A stretch of DNA of 64,000 nt from the NCBI GenBank assembly GCA_951406725.2, contig OX597817.1, positions 30,194,001 through 30,258,000 on the forward strand. Reading direction: 5' to 3'. Every line of letters starts with the position of its first letter. Position 1 is the stretch's first letter. The DNA is from Octopus vulgaris (lineage: Eukaryota). Shown here piece by piece: positions 12,638 to 26,230 of this stretch. The notes under the pieces were generated by a model, which ran no database searches, was not told where the DNA came from, and saw only the letters and a list, made by a program, of their open reading frames with translations. The position numbers were made by a program, and so were the translations under genes.

Positions 12638-12799
12638 TATACAGTTTGATTCAAATTCCTTGGTACTTTAAATTTCAAAGCATGATGCTTAGGGGGTTAA
12701 ACCAGATAATATTCGTTTTCCTAATCCTCTTAAAGTAAGGAGAGGGTGTTAGGGATTGTCCACATATGTGAGCTTCTCAGTAAACCTGCTCCTAGCCAA

Positions 12800-13484
12800 A
12801 GCGTCATTATAGTGGGAGCAGCCTTATTAAAGATCTCCCTGTTGGCCAAGAATTTAACCCCACTTCAGTCAACCTAGAATTTTCTACCAAAGTAGCTAGG
12901 CACTTCCTGTCATTAATTAAGAAACATTTCTCCAGAAGCCATAAGAATTACAAACTCTTCAACCCCTCCCCCCCATAATGTCAAGTTAAGCTGCTCCTGC
13001 TTAGACAACATCACATGTAACGCCTCACACGTCAACAGATATAAAAGTGCAACTGCACAACCCCCAATGCCAACCAGCAACAGCCAAAGCCCCACCAACT
13101 GCCCTTAGAAGGATCTTGCCTCTGAGGGGCTGTAGCATACAGAGCCACCCTTACACCATCCAATGGCATTGCTAGGCACTATATGGGTATGCCAGCCAGT
13201 GATTTCAAGGGAAGATTCTCCTAGCACATGCACTCATTCAGATCCAGAGATAGAAAGAACTCTACTTCCTTGCTTTGCTTTCTCTGGAGACCCTGTGACC
13301 TTTGAAATGAAATACACAGCATCAAATGGCCTATTGTTGACAGGCACCATATTCATTTGGCGTCCCTAATTGCCAGCTCTGCCACTGCAAAAAGATGCAC
13401 ATCCTCTACAAACCTGCAATATCCATCAACAAGAAATACAATCTATCCTGTTGATGTCACCAGAGGTATGCCCTACTGGTAAAT

Positions 13485-13490
<6 letters not shown>
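12800..13490 (+). mobile_element. Decayed Penelope-like element, RT C-terminus/linker and GIY-YIG endonuclease remnant
   Basis: Remnants across frames: VKLSCSCLDNI, NCPLEGSCL, VAYRATL, HYMG, FKGRF..HMHSFR. It ends at (TA)n. Confidence 0.7.
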
Positions 13491-13519
<29 letters not shown>

Positions 13520-13697
13520 ACTACAGTAACACTGTGCAGAGGTATTTTCTCCTTGAAACTTCAAGGACAATGGATTTTAAAACAAAATATAAATTTGCAT
13601 CATTTTTATCTCAGATCATAATTCTTTTGTATATGGTTTGCTTTAAATCAACAGGTAGATCAGTCTTCTTTAAAGAGTGAATCATTATTGAACAAAC

Positions 13698-13916
13698 AGG
13701 TGTACGAGTGGCTGTGTGGTAAGTAGCTTGCTTACCAACCACATGGTTCTGGGTTCAGTCCCACTGCGTGGCACTTTGGGCAAGTGCCTTCTACTATAGC
13801 CTCAAGCCAACCAAAGCCTTGTGAATGGATTTGGTAGACAGAAACTGAAAGAAACCAGTCGTGTATATAAATATATATAGATATATAGATACACACACAC
13901 ACACACACACACACAT

Positions 13917-13962
<46 letters not shown>

Positions 13963-14190
13963 GTATGTATGTGTGTGTGTATATGTTTGTGTGTCTGTGT
14001 TTGTCTCCCAACATCACTTGACAACCGATGATGGTGTGTTTACATCTCCATAACTTAGTAGTTTGGCAAAAGAGACTGATAGAATAAGTTTTAGGCTTAC
14101 TAAGAATAAGTCCTGGGGTCTATGTGCTCAACTAAAGGTGCTGCTCCAGCAGGGCCACATTCAAATGACTGAAACAAGTAAAAGAGTAAA
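13698..14190 (+). mobile_element. SINE family A (tRNA-like head, CORE-like TTGGGCAAGT, internal TA/TG tract, AAAGAGT tail)
   Basis: Head GAGTGGCTGTGTGGTAAG..GGTTCAGTCCC; eight homologous copies occur in the window. Confidence 0.85.
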
Positions 14191-14728
14191 AGTGTAAAGA
14201 GATAATTTTATTTTCATTGGTTAGCTGTTGAGGATTGGGCTGTGCCAATAGCCTTTGCAAGACAGTGAAAATGAGGTTAACATTCCTCTTAAATAGAATC
14301 AATATAGAGGCTGCAGGAAAACCATGGTCAGAGAAGAATTTCTAGAGAGATGATGTTCTACAGAGGAAGAGCTGAGTACAGTGGTTAGTATCTGCCTTGT
14401 GATTGGAAACAATATGAGTTATTCTGGAGTACCTGAGTGGATGTGTATAGGGGAAAAATTAAATTGAAAACCAAATCAGATTTGTAGAAATATACAGTAT
14501 CCATTCAATACATGTTATCACTCTGAAAGTAAACAGATCCTCAACTTCACAAAAATAATGATAGTCATATCTGAAGAGATCTAAGAGTAGTTTATGTTAA
14601 TTTGCCACAAACAGTTGGATTTCACAAATAGTTGTGGTTGCTCATGTTTTTGCTTTGGTGCTGTATTCTTCTTTAAATTAACTGATTCCATTTCTGAAGT
14701 GGATAAAGAGGGTTTAAGAAAAAAATTC

Positions 14729-15131
14729 TTATTTCTTTATTGCCCACAAGTGGCTCAACATAGAGGGGACAAACAAGGACAGACAAAGGGATTAAGTCAA
14801 TTACATCGACCCCAGTGCATAACTGGTACTTAATTTATCGATCCCGAAAGGATGAAAGACAAAGTCAACCTCGGCAGAGTTTGAACTCAGAACATAATGG
14901 CAGACGAAATACCTATTTCTTTACTAACCACAAGGGGCTAAACACAGAGGAGACAAACAAGGACAGACAAATGGATTAAGTCGATTACATCGACCCCAGT
15001 GCATAAGTGGTACTTAATTTATCGACCCCGAAAGGATGAAAAGCAGAATTTGAACTCAGAACGTAACGGCAGACAAAATACTGCTAAGCGTTTCGCCCGG
15101 CATGCTAACGTTTCTGCCAGCTCACCACCTT
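14729..15131 (-). mobile_element. SINE family B (MetaSINE-like), tandem dimer
   Basis: Head AAGGTGGTGAGCTGGCAGAA, B-box GAGTTCAAAT and Meta-like CTTTCATCCTTTCGGGGTCGATAAATTAAGTACC; the body is duplicated. Confidence 0.82.
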
Positions 15132-17054
15132 CTGACAGAAGAGATATACTGAGAATTCAGATGTGTGACTGATCAGCATCCAGGATGGAGAGGAGCACTG
15201 AGGTTAATTTGAGGTTAGCTGATGACTTGGAAAAAAAATGGGAAGAAGATGCTAAATTTCTTGCTGTGCATCTACAGTATCCCTAGGTCTCAAAGTCTGA
15301 TTGCTTTTGCTTACAGTGTAAGATACTGGAATAAGTAGTGTTCAATGTATTGAGTAGGTTTTCTGCTATAACTGGTACCTGCAAACAAAATAAATTAGTA
15401 TCAGAGTTGATTTGGTGAGATGATGACTGTATCAGTGAAATATATTGATATAACTTTCTGTTTCCAGTTCATTGAAATTGGATGGCTATTTCAAACAGAT
15501 ATTGCACTGGTTACTGTGACTCCATATAGTTATCAGCTATTACCACATAGCAACAACTGTTGCTGATACTTTATAAAACAAACATATAAACCATGGTTAC
15601 TCCTCTGATTCCATGTTTTATATTGTCATTACAAAGATAACCAGGGTAATTTTCATTTAGTTTGTCATTATTGATTATTTGAATGATAACAACTAATCTA
15701 ATTTCTGAAATGGTTAAAGAGGAGATAATATAAAAATGGGGGTAAAATTCAATCACAATTATTTTAGTTTGATTAAGTAAAGAATAAACAGAATGCTTGG
15801 TAAGAAAGCCACCTAAGCACATATATAGTGAAAAGAATAAAGACATAGTATGTTCTTGCAAGGGGGAGCTAGTATATGGAATAAATAATGTAAACAAAAC
15901 CAACTGGAGGAGAAATAATGCTTTGAGCTCCATCAATGTGTCCATCACACGTCAATGTGTGAAGAGTATAAAACTGTTGGTTTACTCATCAGGACTGACC
16001 TGACACTAAACAACAACATGAAAAATATGGTATAGCTACAGGATACCAGTGGAGGTGATATCTTGTATTATCATGATACACCAGTGGACTATAAAGGTGT
16101 TAATATTAAGTTAGAATTCTCACCTTAGCAGATGCTGAAAAAAAGTAGAGTGAAAGGAGGAAAAATAAAATTGCCACGGTATTGACAGTGATAGCAATTG
16201 TGGTGATGAAAGTGCTGCTGGTGACGGTGATAATGAAAAACAAAAATACTGTGTGAGTAAAAAGACTGTTGTGGTGTTGGCAGCGAGGACTGGGGTGGTG
16301 ATAGTATTAATAATGGCAGCAGTGTTAGTATCCCTATTGCTGATAGTGATGATGATAAATAAATAAATATAAGGAGTATCTTTGTAATGAAATTTAAAGT
16401 TGCTACTCTTTTTACTATATTTTAGATTAATTTTCTTTCTATTTTCTCCTTGCTTCTCTTTCGGTGATAAAAGATATTCATTGCCAAAAAAAATAAATAA
16501 ATAAATAAATAAAAAATAAAACCTGTTTTCTTCACGTTTCTACTATTGTATAGACTCAGATGGACAGCTTGTTAAGCAGCTTTGAAAATGTCTATGGAAG
16601 GTTCAATATAATTTGAACTTTACCCCGGATTCTTAGATGACTTTAATCACTGTCAGAGCATCGAGATTATTGGTTCTTGTTTTGGGAAAAAGCCAAATTT
16701 CTAAGCCAATCAAATTGCATTCTAATTTATTGAGTTGTTTATGGGAGTAAACTAAGTTGACTGAATGTCTGTCGTTGATCAATGCCTGACGTTACTTGGC
16801 ACTTCAAATTGTACTTGATTAGCACGGAAATTTGAATGACAAGGAATTTAATGACCAATCAGTTCCTCAAATCACTTAGAGGGAAAGAGAGGAGAAGAAG
16901 AAAGAGGAAGACACATGCAGCGAGAGAACTATTGGAAAAAAGGAAAGAATAGAGAGAAAGCAAGACAGTAAAAAGCAAGGAACTAAGAGAGGAAAAATTA
17001 AGAAAATGAAAAAAAGAAAAAAAAGAATATAATCTTCAAGTGGGAAGAAGAGAC

Positions 17055-17089
<35 letters not shown>

Positions 17090-17101
17090 GGAGAAAAATG
17101 A

Positions 17102-17180
<79 letters not shown>

Positions 17181-17269
17181 GGAGAAAATGAAAGAAAGAG
17201 GGAAAGAAAAAAAGAAAAAAGAAAGAAAGAAAGAAAAAAGAAAGAAAGAAGGAAAGGGAGAAAATGAAG

Positions 17270-17302
<33 letters not shown>

Positions 17303-17370
17303 GGAGAAAAATGAAAGAAAGAAAGAAAGAAAACAAGAAAGAAAGAAAGGGAGAAAAATGAAAGAAAGGA
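17055..17370. repeat. (AAAG)n purine tract with GGGAGAAAAATG interruptions
   Basis: Seen directly. Confidence 0.9.
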
Positions 17371-17656
17371 TGGTAAGAGAAGCATGATGAATAAAAGAAA
17401 GATTTAGCTTCAACAAACAGGAACAGGAGTAAATAATGAAAAGAGGAAGTAGAGAGATCAGAGACTTTTAGTTAAATTGTCAGTATCTATGTAGCAATGA
17501 GAAATGTTGCAATTTTCTATAAATGGCATAATGTATTAAATAATGTTACCAAGCAGTAATCTTTCTCATCTGTCATGCTTTTATTTATTTTTGATTCATT
17601 CCTTTTAGACATCGAGTCAAAATGTATCTCTTAAGCTTTTTCTTTCATTTATCTAG

Positions 17657-17700
17657 CTGTTAAATACTTTGAGGTTTCAGAATGCAAAGCATGTGAAAAG
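17657..17700 (+). CDS. Candidate 44-bp exon
   Basis: Pyrimidine-rich acceptor ending CTAG, strong donor AAG|GTAAGC, frame VKYFEVSECKACEK. Confidence 0.25.
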
Positions 17701-18285
17701 GTAAGCATCTACCCAGAGATCACAATCTATCACTTGAAGATATTTTCCTACACTGATGTCAACTAATGCTTTGTTAATGTCACTAAATCTTATTTCCTCT
17801 ACCCTAAAAGGAATCAATAATTTGACAGGTTAGCAGTTAGATATTGAATGCAGATATTCATTCACTTCAATAGAAACAGGAAAACCAGCTTTATATATAT
17901 ATATACATATATATACATATATGAAGCTGGTTATATATATATACATATATATATATATAAAGCTGGTTATATATATATATATACATATATATATAAAGCT
18001 GGTTATATATATATATATACATACATATATACATACATATATATATATATATGCTTGTATGTATATATACATTTATACATGCACACACACGTACACACAC
18101 AGACACGCACACACACACCACATCACAAAATGTTATAATTCATTTTTCCTCTCACCTAAGCATCAAACAAACTAATAATTTTGATCATTACTTAGCTTTT
18201 CTTGTTATTTTTATTCTTTCAATATGTGTGTTTGTATATATGTGTGTATATGCAAATAAGTATATACATATAAATGTGTGTGTAC

Positions 18286-18327
<42 letters not shown>

Positions 18328-18329
18328 GA

Positions 18330-18503
18330 GAGCACCCACTACACTCACGGAACGGTTGGCGTTAGGAAGGGCATCCAGCCGTAGAAACATTGCCAGATCA
18401 GACTGGGCCTGGTGCAGCCTTCTGGCTTCCCAGTCCCCAGTTGAACCGTCCAACCCATGCTAGCATGGAAAGTGGACGCTAAACGATGATGATGATGATG
18501 ATG
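18330..18503 (+). mobile_element. SINE-like family C, 5'-truncated
   Basis: Homologous 3' part. Confidence 0.8.
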
Positions 18504-18897
18504 AGAGAGAGAGAGAAACGACACTGAAAGCATTGTTGTGTGGTAAAGCAATTTGTTTCATGAGCCCATGGTTTCTGACCCACTATGTGGTACTTTGGGC
18601 AAGAGTCTTCTAATGTTGCCCCAGTATGTGTGAGGTATGATGATATATGGTATTATAAAACCAAATATATGGTAGAAAAATACTATACCTTTATTTGAAA
18701 GAGAAACTGGCAGAATGTGCTCTGTGGTGATGAAGTTAAACAGAATGCAAAAAACCAATAAGGTTCAAATCAGAGGGATTGGTATTTTTCCATCCTGAAT
18801 CAGTCCTTATATTATCTCATATAACTTATATTTAAATCAAAGCTATAATTATGCATGTATGCATACATACATGCATACATACATACTCACACATGCA

Positions 18898-18939
<42 letters not shown>

Positions 18940-20352
18940 CACACAAATATTGTGCTTCCCAAATCTCAATTTCACTTGTATGTGCAGGTCTTCTTGAGAA
19001 CTACATATTGCTGGTAATCTCAGTCCTTTGTTCATCTCATGTCTTCTTAGGGTTTCCCTAAGCATCACATGTTCATAACGGTGCAGTTTCCTTTCTTGTA
19101 CACTACATCTGATTCCTTTTATGTCCTGTTCTTTCTTTCAATACATTTAAACTTTGCCATTTGTGCATACATACATTGCATGTCCAGAATTATAAATCTC
19201 ATCACCACTTAATGTCTGTGTTCCATGCTACCATGAGTTGGACAGTTTGACAAAATTTGATGTGTTCAGAGACTGTATTGTGTCCCAGTGTCTGTTTTGG
19301 CATGGTTTCTTTGGGTGAATGCCCTTCCTATTGCCAACCACTTCAGAGCATGGACTGGATACTTTTCCATGTTACCTGCAGTGGATTTGGAAATTGAACT
19401 ATGAGAGGTTGGGGCAACGCAGGTAATTTTCATTGCTTGCTACTATTGGATTTATCATCTCTGCTTACTAATTTTAGATTTTAAACTCTCTAGAAGGAAG
19501 TTTTATCTTCCAGTTACAGGAAAAATTTTTGTTATATTCTTTTTTTTTTATATACATTGGTGAAGAACATATACAGATACAGCCATAAAAAAACAAACCA
19601 AACAAAATATACAGGGTGCGTAAGGTATTTGAGGACATACCTTTTTTTGGGTCATTGCTGCATTGTTTGCTAACTTTGTATAATCTTTGTTCTAAAACAA
19701 TGATGTTGATTTTGGTGATGATGATGATGATGATACTCTTACATAACTTGAGTCAACCAAAATCCTATAGTTGGCCTATATGCTGTGCAGTGGGATCAAA
19801 CCAGGAGCTTCATGGATAGAAAGTGAAGTTCCTAATCACACAGCCATATCGGCACAATTAAAAATAATCCGTATATTTCCACAACTGTTTTAGTCAATTT
19901 CATTTGGTTGTACCAATGAAAGTGATGCTGAAGAATATGTTTCCGAACAAAAAGACAAAAAAAAAAAAGAGGAAAAGCAAGATTTTATTTAAAAAGAAAA
20001 GAATGCTATCTTCTGAAATCTCTTGACTTTACATAGAAGTTGTTCTTTATTTCTTTCATTAGGTTTCATATCAGAAGTAAAATGGAGACAATAGAGTAGT
20101 GTAATTGATACATGAAGATAGTTATTCCAGATTTCTGCTCTGAGTTCAAATTCGTTTTACACCTGTTTTATAACCTGGCAGAGATTAGACAGATATGTAT
20201 TTGAGGTAATACTTTATGGCTGAATGTTCTTCTTGTGACTGATTTTTACTTGTTTTTCAGTATGGGAATTTGACATTTGATTAAAATTTGAAACTGCATA
20301 GATACAGGATGCAAAGCCTATGAGGAGTATAAGCAGAAGGAGCTGAGAAAAA

Positions 20353-20725
20353 CATGGGTCAGAGATGAATGATAAGAGGTGATATTCTGGGCTGAAAAAA
20401 ATTTGGATCTGTCTAGTTGTATAGAACCTGAGGGAAGAGACAATGTGGGTGGTGATAGAAAGGATATGTTTGTTGAGTATATTTAGGCTGCAAATAGTTA
20501 GCTTTGAGTAGCTGAAACTATTGTAGTTTCTATAGAAGAACATGGGTCAGAGGTGAATTAAAAGAGGTGATTTTCTGGGCTGAAAAAAATTTGGATCTGT
20601 CTAGTTGTATAGAACCTGAGGGAAGAGACAATGTGGGTGGTGATAGAAAGGATATGTTTGTTGAGTATATTTAGGCTGCAAATTGTTAGCTTTGAGTAGC
20701 TGAAACTATTGTAGTTTCTATAGAA
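20353..20725. repeat. 188-bp tandem duplication
   Basis: CATGGGTCAGAG...TTCTATAGAA occurs at 20353 and 20541, nearly identical. Confidence 0.92.
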
Positions 20726-20820
20726 CAAGCAGAGTTAGAAAGCAGCACATCTATGGATTACAGATTGGGGAATGTTGGTGAATGAGTTCTCAACTAATTT
20801 AGCCAATTTTCTTTACAATG

Positions 20821-21052
20821 ACTTGACTTGACTTGACAGCATTTACCCGGGGTGGGTTGAGCTGGCTTCATTTATCCTCAATGCTGCATCTCTCACAAAT
20901 GCCGACCAGGCCTGGCGATTTGAGGCTAACGACCGCATGATCTCCAACCACTCCTTATTCCAGCGGCGAATGCCATAGATATAGGGGCCTAGGTTGGGTT
21001 CCAGATCATCAGCCTTGACTGTCATCAGCCAGGTTTTTCATTGTCCACCAAC
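20821..21052 (-). mobile_element. RTE-clade LINE 3' fragment with TSD
   Basis: It encodes GGQ*KTW...WNKEWLEIMRSLASNRQAW, has a (CAAGT)n tail, and has the TSD TTCTTTACAATG at 20809-20820 and 21053-21064. Confidence 0.82.
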
Positions 21053-21479
21053 TTCTTTACAATGCAGCGTGTCTTGGGAGTCAGAAGAACTCTCTCAAAT
21101 GCAAGTGTAGTATTTCATTGCAGAAACCTGCTTAGAGAGTCAGCAGCTGTTTGTAACTGAAATATTTTCAACCCCACAAACAAGAAATCTAGTCTTTGAG
21201 ACACTGTTTTTGCTATGCTTAGATGTGAGATTCTCAGGAGAGATCATCAGTAGTTGTTAAACACAGCATTTATAGCATCTTTGGTCAATATCTCCTCACA
21301 ATATAATTTATTTGCAATTTAAAGTTGAGCGATGATATCATATATCTTCTATTGATATCATTTTACAACATCACGAAACTCTTGCCAGATTATTTAATTA
21401 TACTTCATTAAGTAAAAACTCCAAATTTTATTATGTTTCTTTTACACTTCAATATTCTGAAATCATGTTTTCGTTTCAG

Positions 21480-21557
21480 AGAAAATTAGTTCCCACAATA
21501 GTATATCAAGAGATGTTCAAGAAGAACAATGATAGTACTCACTCAACTTCTTCTTAA
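21480..21557 (+). CDS. Candidate terminal exon
   Basis: Acceptor TTTTCGTTTCAG, frame RKLVPTIVYQEMFKKNNDSTHSTSS*, and AATAAA near 21637. It is phase-compatible with 17657-17700. Confidence 0.2.
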   Translation, partial: RKLVPTIVYQEMFKKNNDSTHSTSS

Positions 21558-21752
21558 TTTTCCTTTTTTTCTTTTTTAATGTTTGAAAGAATTCCATACA
21601 TTAATGGGTTCTCACTTTCCTTTTTTTTTTTTTACTAATAAATAAATAAACAAATTAGAATGTCTGGTTTCCATCAATTTTCATCATCAGATTGATAAAT
21701 TAAACAACAATAAACAATTGACCACATAGGAAAGAATATGTATGTGTGTGTG

Positions 21753-21858
<106 letters not shown>

Positions 21859-22999
21859 ATGCACATACATATATATGCATACTACACATCCACCTACACA
21901 CAATGAGAAAAAAAAGAAAGGAACAATAATTAAAATATAAATCAATTTAATACACATAAAAAGAATGTATCAACGTTTTACCACACACTACGAAATCTTT
22001 GAACCATTCACTTGAATAAAAAAGAAAAGAAAACTGTTTTCGAAAAAAACACCAACAAAATTTCCAATATAAAAGACTAACAAACTAACAAAATGTTGAT
22101 CTAATGCAGAATAGACTTTGTAGTAGAGAGCCATTTTTTTTCTATTACAATTTCCTCAAATCATCTCACTTTGCTATTCTCTTTTTTATCAGTATTATTT
22201 TTATATATATTTATTATTATCATTTTTATGTATATTTATTATATTCATATATTCATTACTATTAATATTATTTAATTATTTATCTTTTGCAGTCATTCAG
22301 TTATCTATAAGTATGCACTGCAGTGCACCTTATAGTCCGATAATTTTCAAATGAATTTATATAATTATATATATATATACATACATATGCTGATGTAATG
22401 CTTGCTATTTCCAACAACCAGCCCTATCCTGATGTCATCATAAGGACTGCAGCTGAGCAACAATCTTTTTAATGCTGGGTACAATAGATTGAACAGCAAC
22501 TGACTTGGCTACGTCAGTTCCCACCAACATACAATACCACCACAGACAATGAATCCAGAGTGGCCACCACTGGCATCAACACAGATGTCAGCCGTTCAAG
22601 AATTGGATCTGGAGATCTTCATTTCTAGCGACTTCAAGGGCCACGTCCCAGTGGTGTCGGGCATCAATGAAGAGCCCTCGATTACAACAAGATGACCAAA
22701 GTTTCTTTTCTCCAAGGTCTGGGGTCTCCCACCCCTAAGCCCTAGACCATCACCTAATCACCCATACCTGTCTTGTTGCTTAACAACAACAACAACCGCA
22801 CAGATGTCACATCTTACTAAACATTAGAGGACTGTTACAACTCCAAAACAGAACCAAGATTCCCTTTTTGTGAGGCTGTGTAGCTTGCAGTCAAGCCTAA
22901 TGCACTCACTAAAACACCGCTAAACCCAACATTATAGATGCAGAAATATACATATCAAAGTATGTTATATTGCAAGCTGGTAGAAAAGACAGGAGTCAT

Positions 23000-25143
23000 G
23001 GTACAGTTTCAAGGTATGTTCTTGAAAACTTCCCTCCCAAGGTCCTTTTTGTCATACTCAAACTCAGGATGTAACACACTAATTGTACACATAAGACAAC
23101 TTGATATAGTCATATGCATTACTTACTGCCCACTGGGTGTTTCAAATCACACAGGCATATTGAAGACTGCCTTGCAAAAATAGTAGAAGTCATAACCAAA
23201 TAAGAACAACACATCGGTTTACTTCTCATGGGAGCCTTTGCCTGCCCAAAGTATGATGGACTGAGGGCCTTTACCTCTTAGGAATGATGTGGTGTGAACA
23301 AAGATAGATGGAATCCTTCCTCAATCTCACCAACATATACATGGAACAAGTAGTATTCCAACATACCAGCACAAAACAATATACTTGATCTCTGCTTCAC
23401 AAACAATACGGATCTCGTCTATAATGTGAAAATGACACCAATGCTAGTCCTGTATCACAATACAATAGAACTGAACCAAAGAAATCCACAATCATGCAAC
23501 CTATGAGAAGCTCTTGAAATTTATCTAATCTGAATGTCTATAAAGCAGACTGGCAACCAATTGAGAAAGAGAACATGAAACAAGATTTGCCTCGATGTCT
23601 CTCCACACCATTCATTGGCAGGAAACTCAAAGAATTCATGTCCATAATGCATGCCATATGCTACAAGTTTGTCCCAGAGAGGAAATTCTCTGTACATAAG
23701 AACAAAATCCCCCAGGGAGATGAAAGTTCTTATGAGACAGTGTTTAAGGATTGCAAACTGCCTAAGTAGAGAACTTGATGATAGTGAAAAGTTCCACCTG
23801 AAAACTACACTGCAAGATTGAGAAAAATCTGAAGCACTCCCATGGAAAAGATAAAGATAGCAGACAAAGATGCCTGGGTTACAGAAAATATAAAATCAAA
23901 CCCCAAAACCTTCTTTAAATATGCCAAAGAAAGTTCCTTCATATGTTGTGGGGTAGGGCCACTCCTGAAAATGTTGGATAACGGATAAAGGAAACACTGA
24001 ATGAATAATTCAAAAGTATTTCCATCCCACCCTTATGACATATGCAAGTCAACAAACTTGTAGAATTCTTTACCACTACATATGTAAAGCAGGGAGTAGC
24101 AATTGATTACATCAACAACAAAGAAGTGGATGTATCACTGGTTATAGATGAGGTAGACACAAACTTGGCTGCTGGCTCCAATGGTTTCCCGGCAATCCTT
24201 CTCAAATCATGCAGATGAGCCCTTGCAAAACCACTGCAGCCCCTTTTTCAGAACTTCCATGCAATTGGTAAGCTCTCAGGCAAATTAGAAGAGAGAATAA
24301 TATATTCTTTCCATAAAAACAAAAGCAGAGCAGATACTAAAAGCTACAGGCCTATCTTTCTAACCTCGCTTAGCAAGAAAGTCATGGAATGAATAGTCCG
24401 AAGGAAACTAATTGCATTCCTTGAAGAGACTGACTTGCTGGCTGATACCCAGCATAATTTTCAACCAGCTAGAAGATTCCTGGCACAGTTCTTACAAAAC
24501 TATGACTGAGTGTTAAAGCAGCTATTCAACAACTCAAATGTGAACATGATATATCTTAACTTTGCAAAAGTCTATGATAACGTGGACCATGGTATGATAT
24601 GTCATAATCTGCATAATCTTGGCATAGTAAGAAAACTTGGAGAGTGTCTATACAATTTTCTAATTGATAGAAATTATGTAGTAGTAGCCAGTGGTGTTAC
24701 CTCCAAGGAAATGCACATAATGAGTGATGTTTCACAAAACATTGTTTAGGCTACTACTATTTATAATGGCCTTCTCAGATGTGTCCTTAGCTGTTCAGAT
24801 AGCCAGCCTTGCTAGCTATGCAGGTAGTACTAAAGCCACTCAGAGGATTTAGAAATATGGAGATGTTGCACACCTGCAACAGGAATTGGATATAACTTAC
24901 AAGTGGGCTGAGAACAATAACATGCAGTTTAATGCCAGAAAATTCCAAGAACTGCACTACCAGTACATGAAACTAAATGAAATGCAGATAGGATACACTG
25001 GTCCAAGAGGGATTGCAATCCCTGAATCAAAATCAGTGCATGACCTTGGCATTGACATGAGTAATGATATATCTTTCCAGGTGCATATTACTGAGATGGT
25101 AAAAGTATGGTACCCAACTGGATAGATCTGTAGAACTTCTGGT

Positions 25144-25145
<2 letters not shown>
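23000..25145 (+). mobile_element. Heavily decayed CR1-group LINE ORF2 (APE endonuclease plus RT)
   Basis: Remnants: LLMGAF, NNILDLCFTN, YRPIFLTS, QHNFQ, YLNFAKVYDNVDH, YAGSTK (YADD equivalent), WAENNNMQFN and DLGI. There are many stops and frameshifts. The left boundary is uncertain. Confidence 0.85.
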
Positions 25146-25198
<53 letters not shown>

Positions 25199-25199
25199 T

Positions 25200-25545
25200 T
25201 GCCAGTACTGCCTGACTGGCCCTCGTGCCGGTGGCATGTAAAAGCACCCACTACACTCTCGGAGTGGTTGGTGTTAGGAAGGGCATCCAGCTGTAGAAAC
25301 TATGCCAGATCAAGATTGGAGCCTGGTGTAGCCATCTGGTGCAGCCATCTGGTGCAGCCATCTGGTGCAGCCATCTGGTGCAGCCATCTGGTGCAGCCAT
25401 CTGGTGCAGCCATCTGGTGCAGCCATCTGGTGCAGCCATCTGGTGCAGCCATCTGGTGCAGCCATCTGGTTCACCAGTCTCAGTCAAATCATCCAACCCA
25501 TGATAGCATGGAAAGCGGACATTAAACGATGATGATGATGATGAT
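25200..25545 (+). mobile_element. SINE-like family C with an internal 13-bp minisatellite
   Basis: GCCATCTGGTGCA is repeated about 11 times at 25331-25470. Confidence 0.85.
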
Positions 25546-25766
25546 ATATATATATATATAATTATAATTAAGGGTATCTAAGAGATAGCAGTAAAAAGTC
25601 AATTCTAAAACCACTCTAGCATGGTAGTATCTCTTAGATACCCTTAATTATAATTTTAATAATAATTAATACCTATAAGGTTTTTATTCCCATGCTATAA
25701 GGTTTTTATTCTCATTTGATATAATTGGTATTTTAAAGAACAATCTTATCCTTATTTATATATATA

Positions 25767-25975
25767 TAAGGCAAATAATTAGGGAATGGAGAAAACCACA
25801 GATTAACAAACACATCGATTGGACCACATTTATACCTTTTTTTTAATACAAAGCATGACATAACAAAATAAGTGACATTATGTCATACTTTGTATTAAAA
25901 AATAAGCTATAAATGTGGTCCACTCGGTGTGTTTGTTAATCTGTGGTTTTCTCCATTTTCTAATTATTTGCCTTA
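25767..25975. repeat. Long imperfect palindrome (~95-bp arms, short loop)
   Basis: TAAGGCAAATAATTAG..GGAGAAAACCACAGATTAACAAACAC pairs with GTGTTTGTTAATCTGTGGTTTTCTCC..CTAATTATTTGCCTTA. Confidence 0.9.
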
Positions 25976-25981
25976 AATATG

Positions 25982-26056
<75 letters not shown>

Positions 26057-26063
26057 GGATAGA

Positions 26064-26152
<89 letters not shown>

Positions 26153-26189
26153 GGATGGATGGATGGATGGATGGATGGATGGATGGATG

Positions 26190-26230
<41 letters not shown>

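Noticed and set aside
22655-22680. GCATCAATGAAGAG resembling 5.8S rRNA
   Set aside because: The match is too short and the flanks do not continue the similarity.
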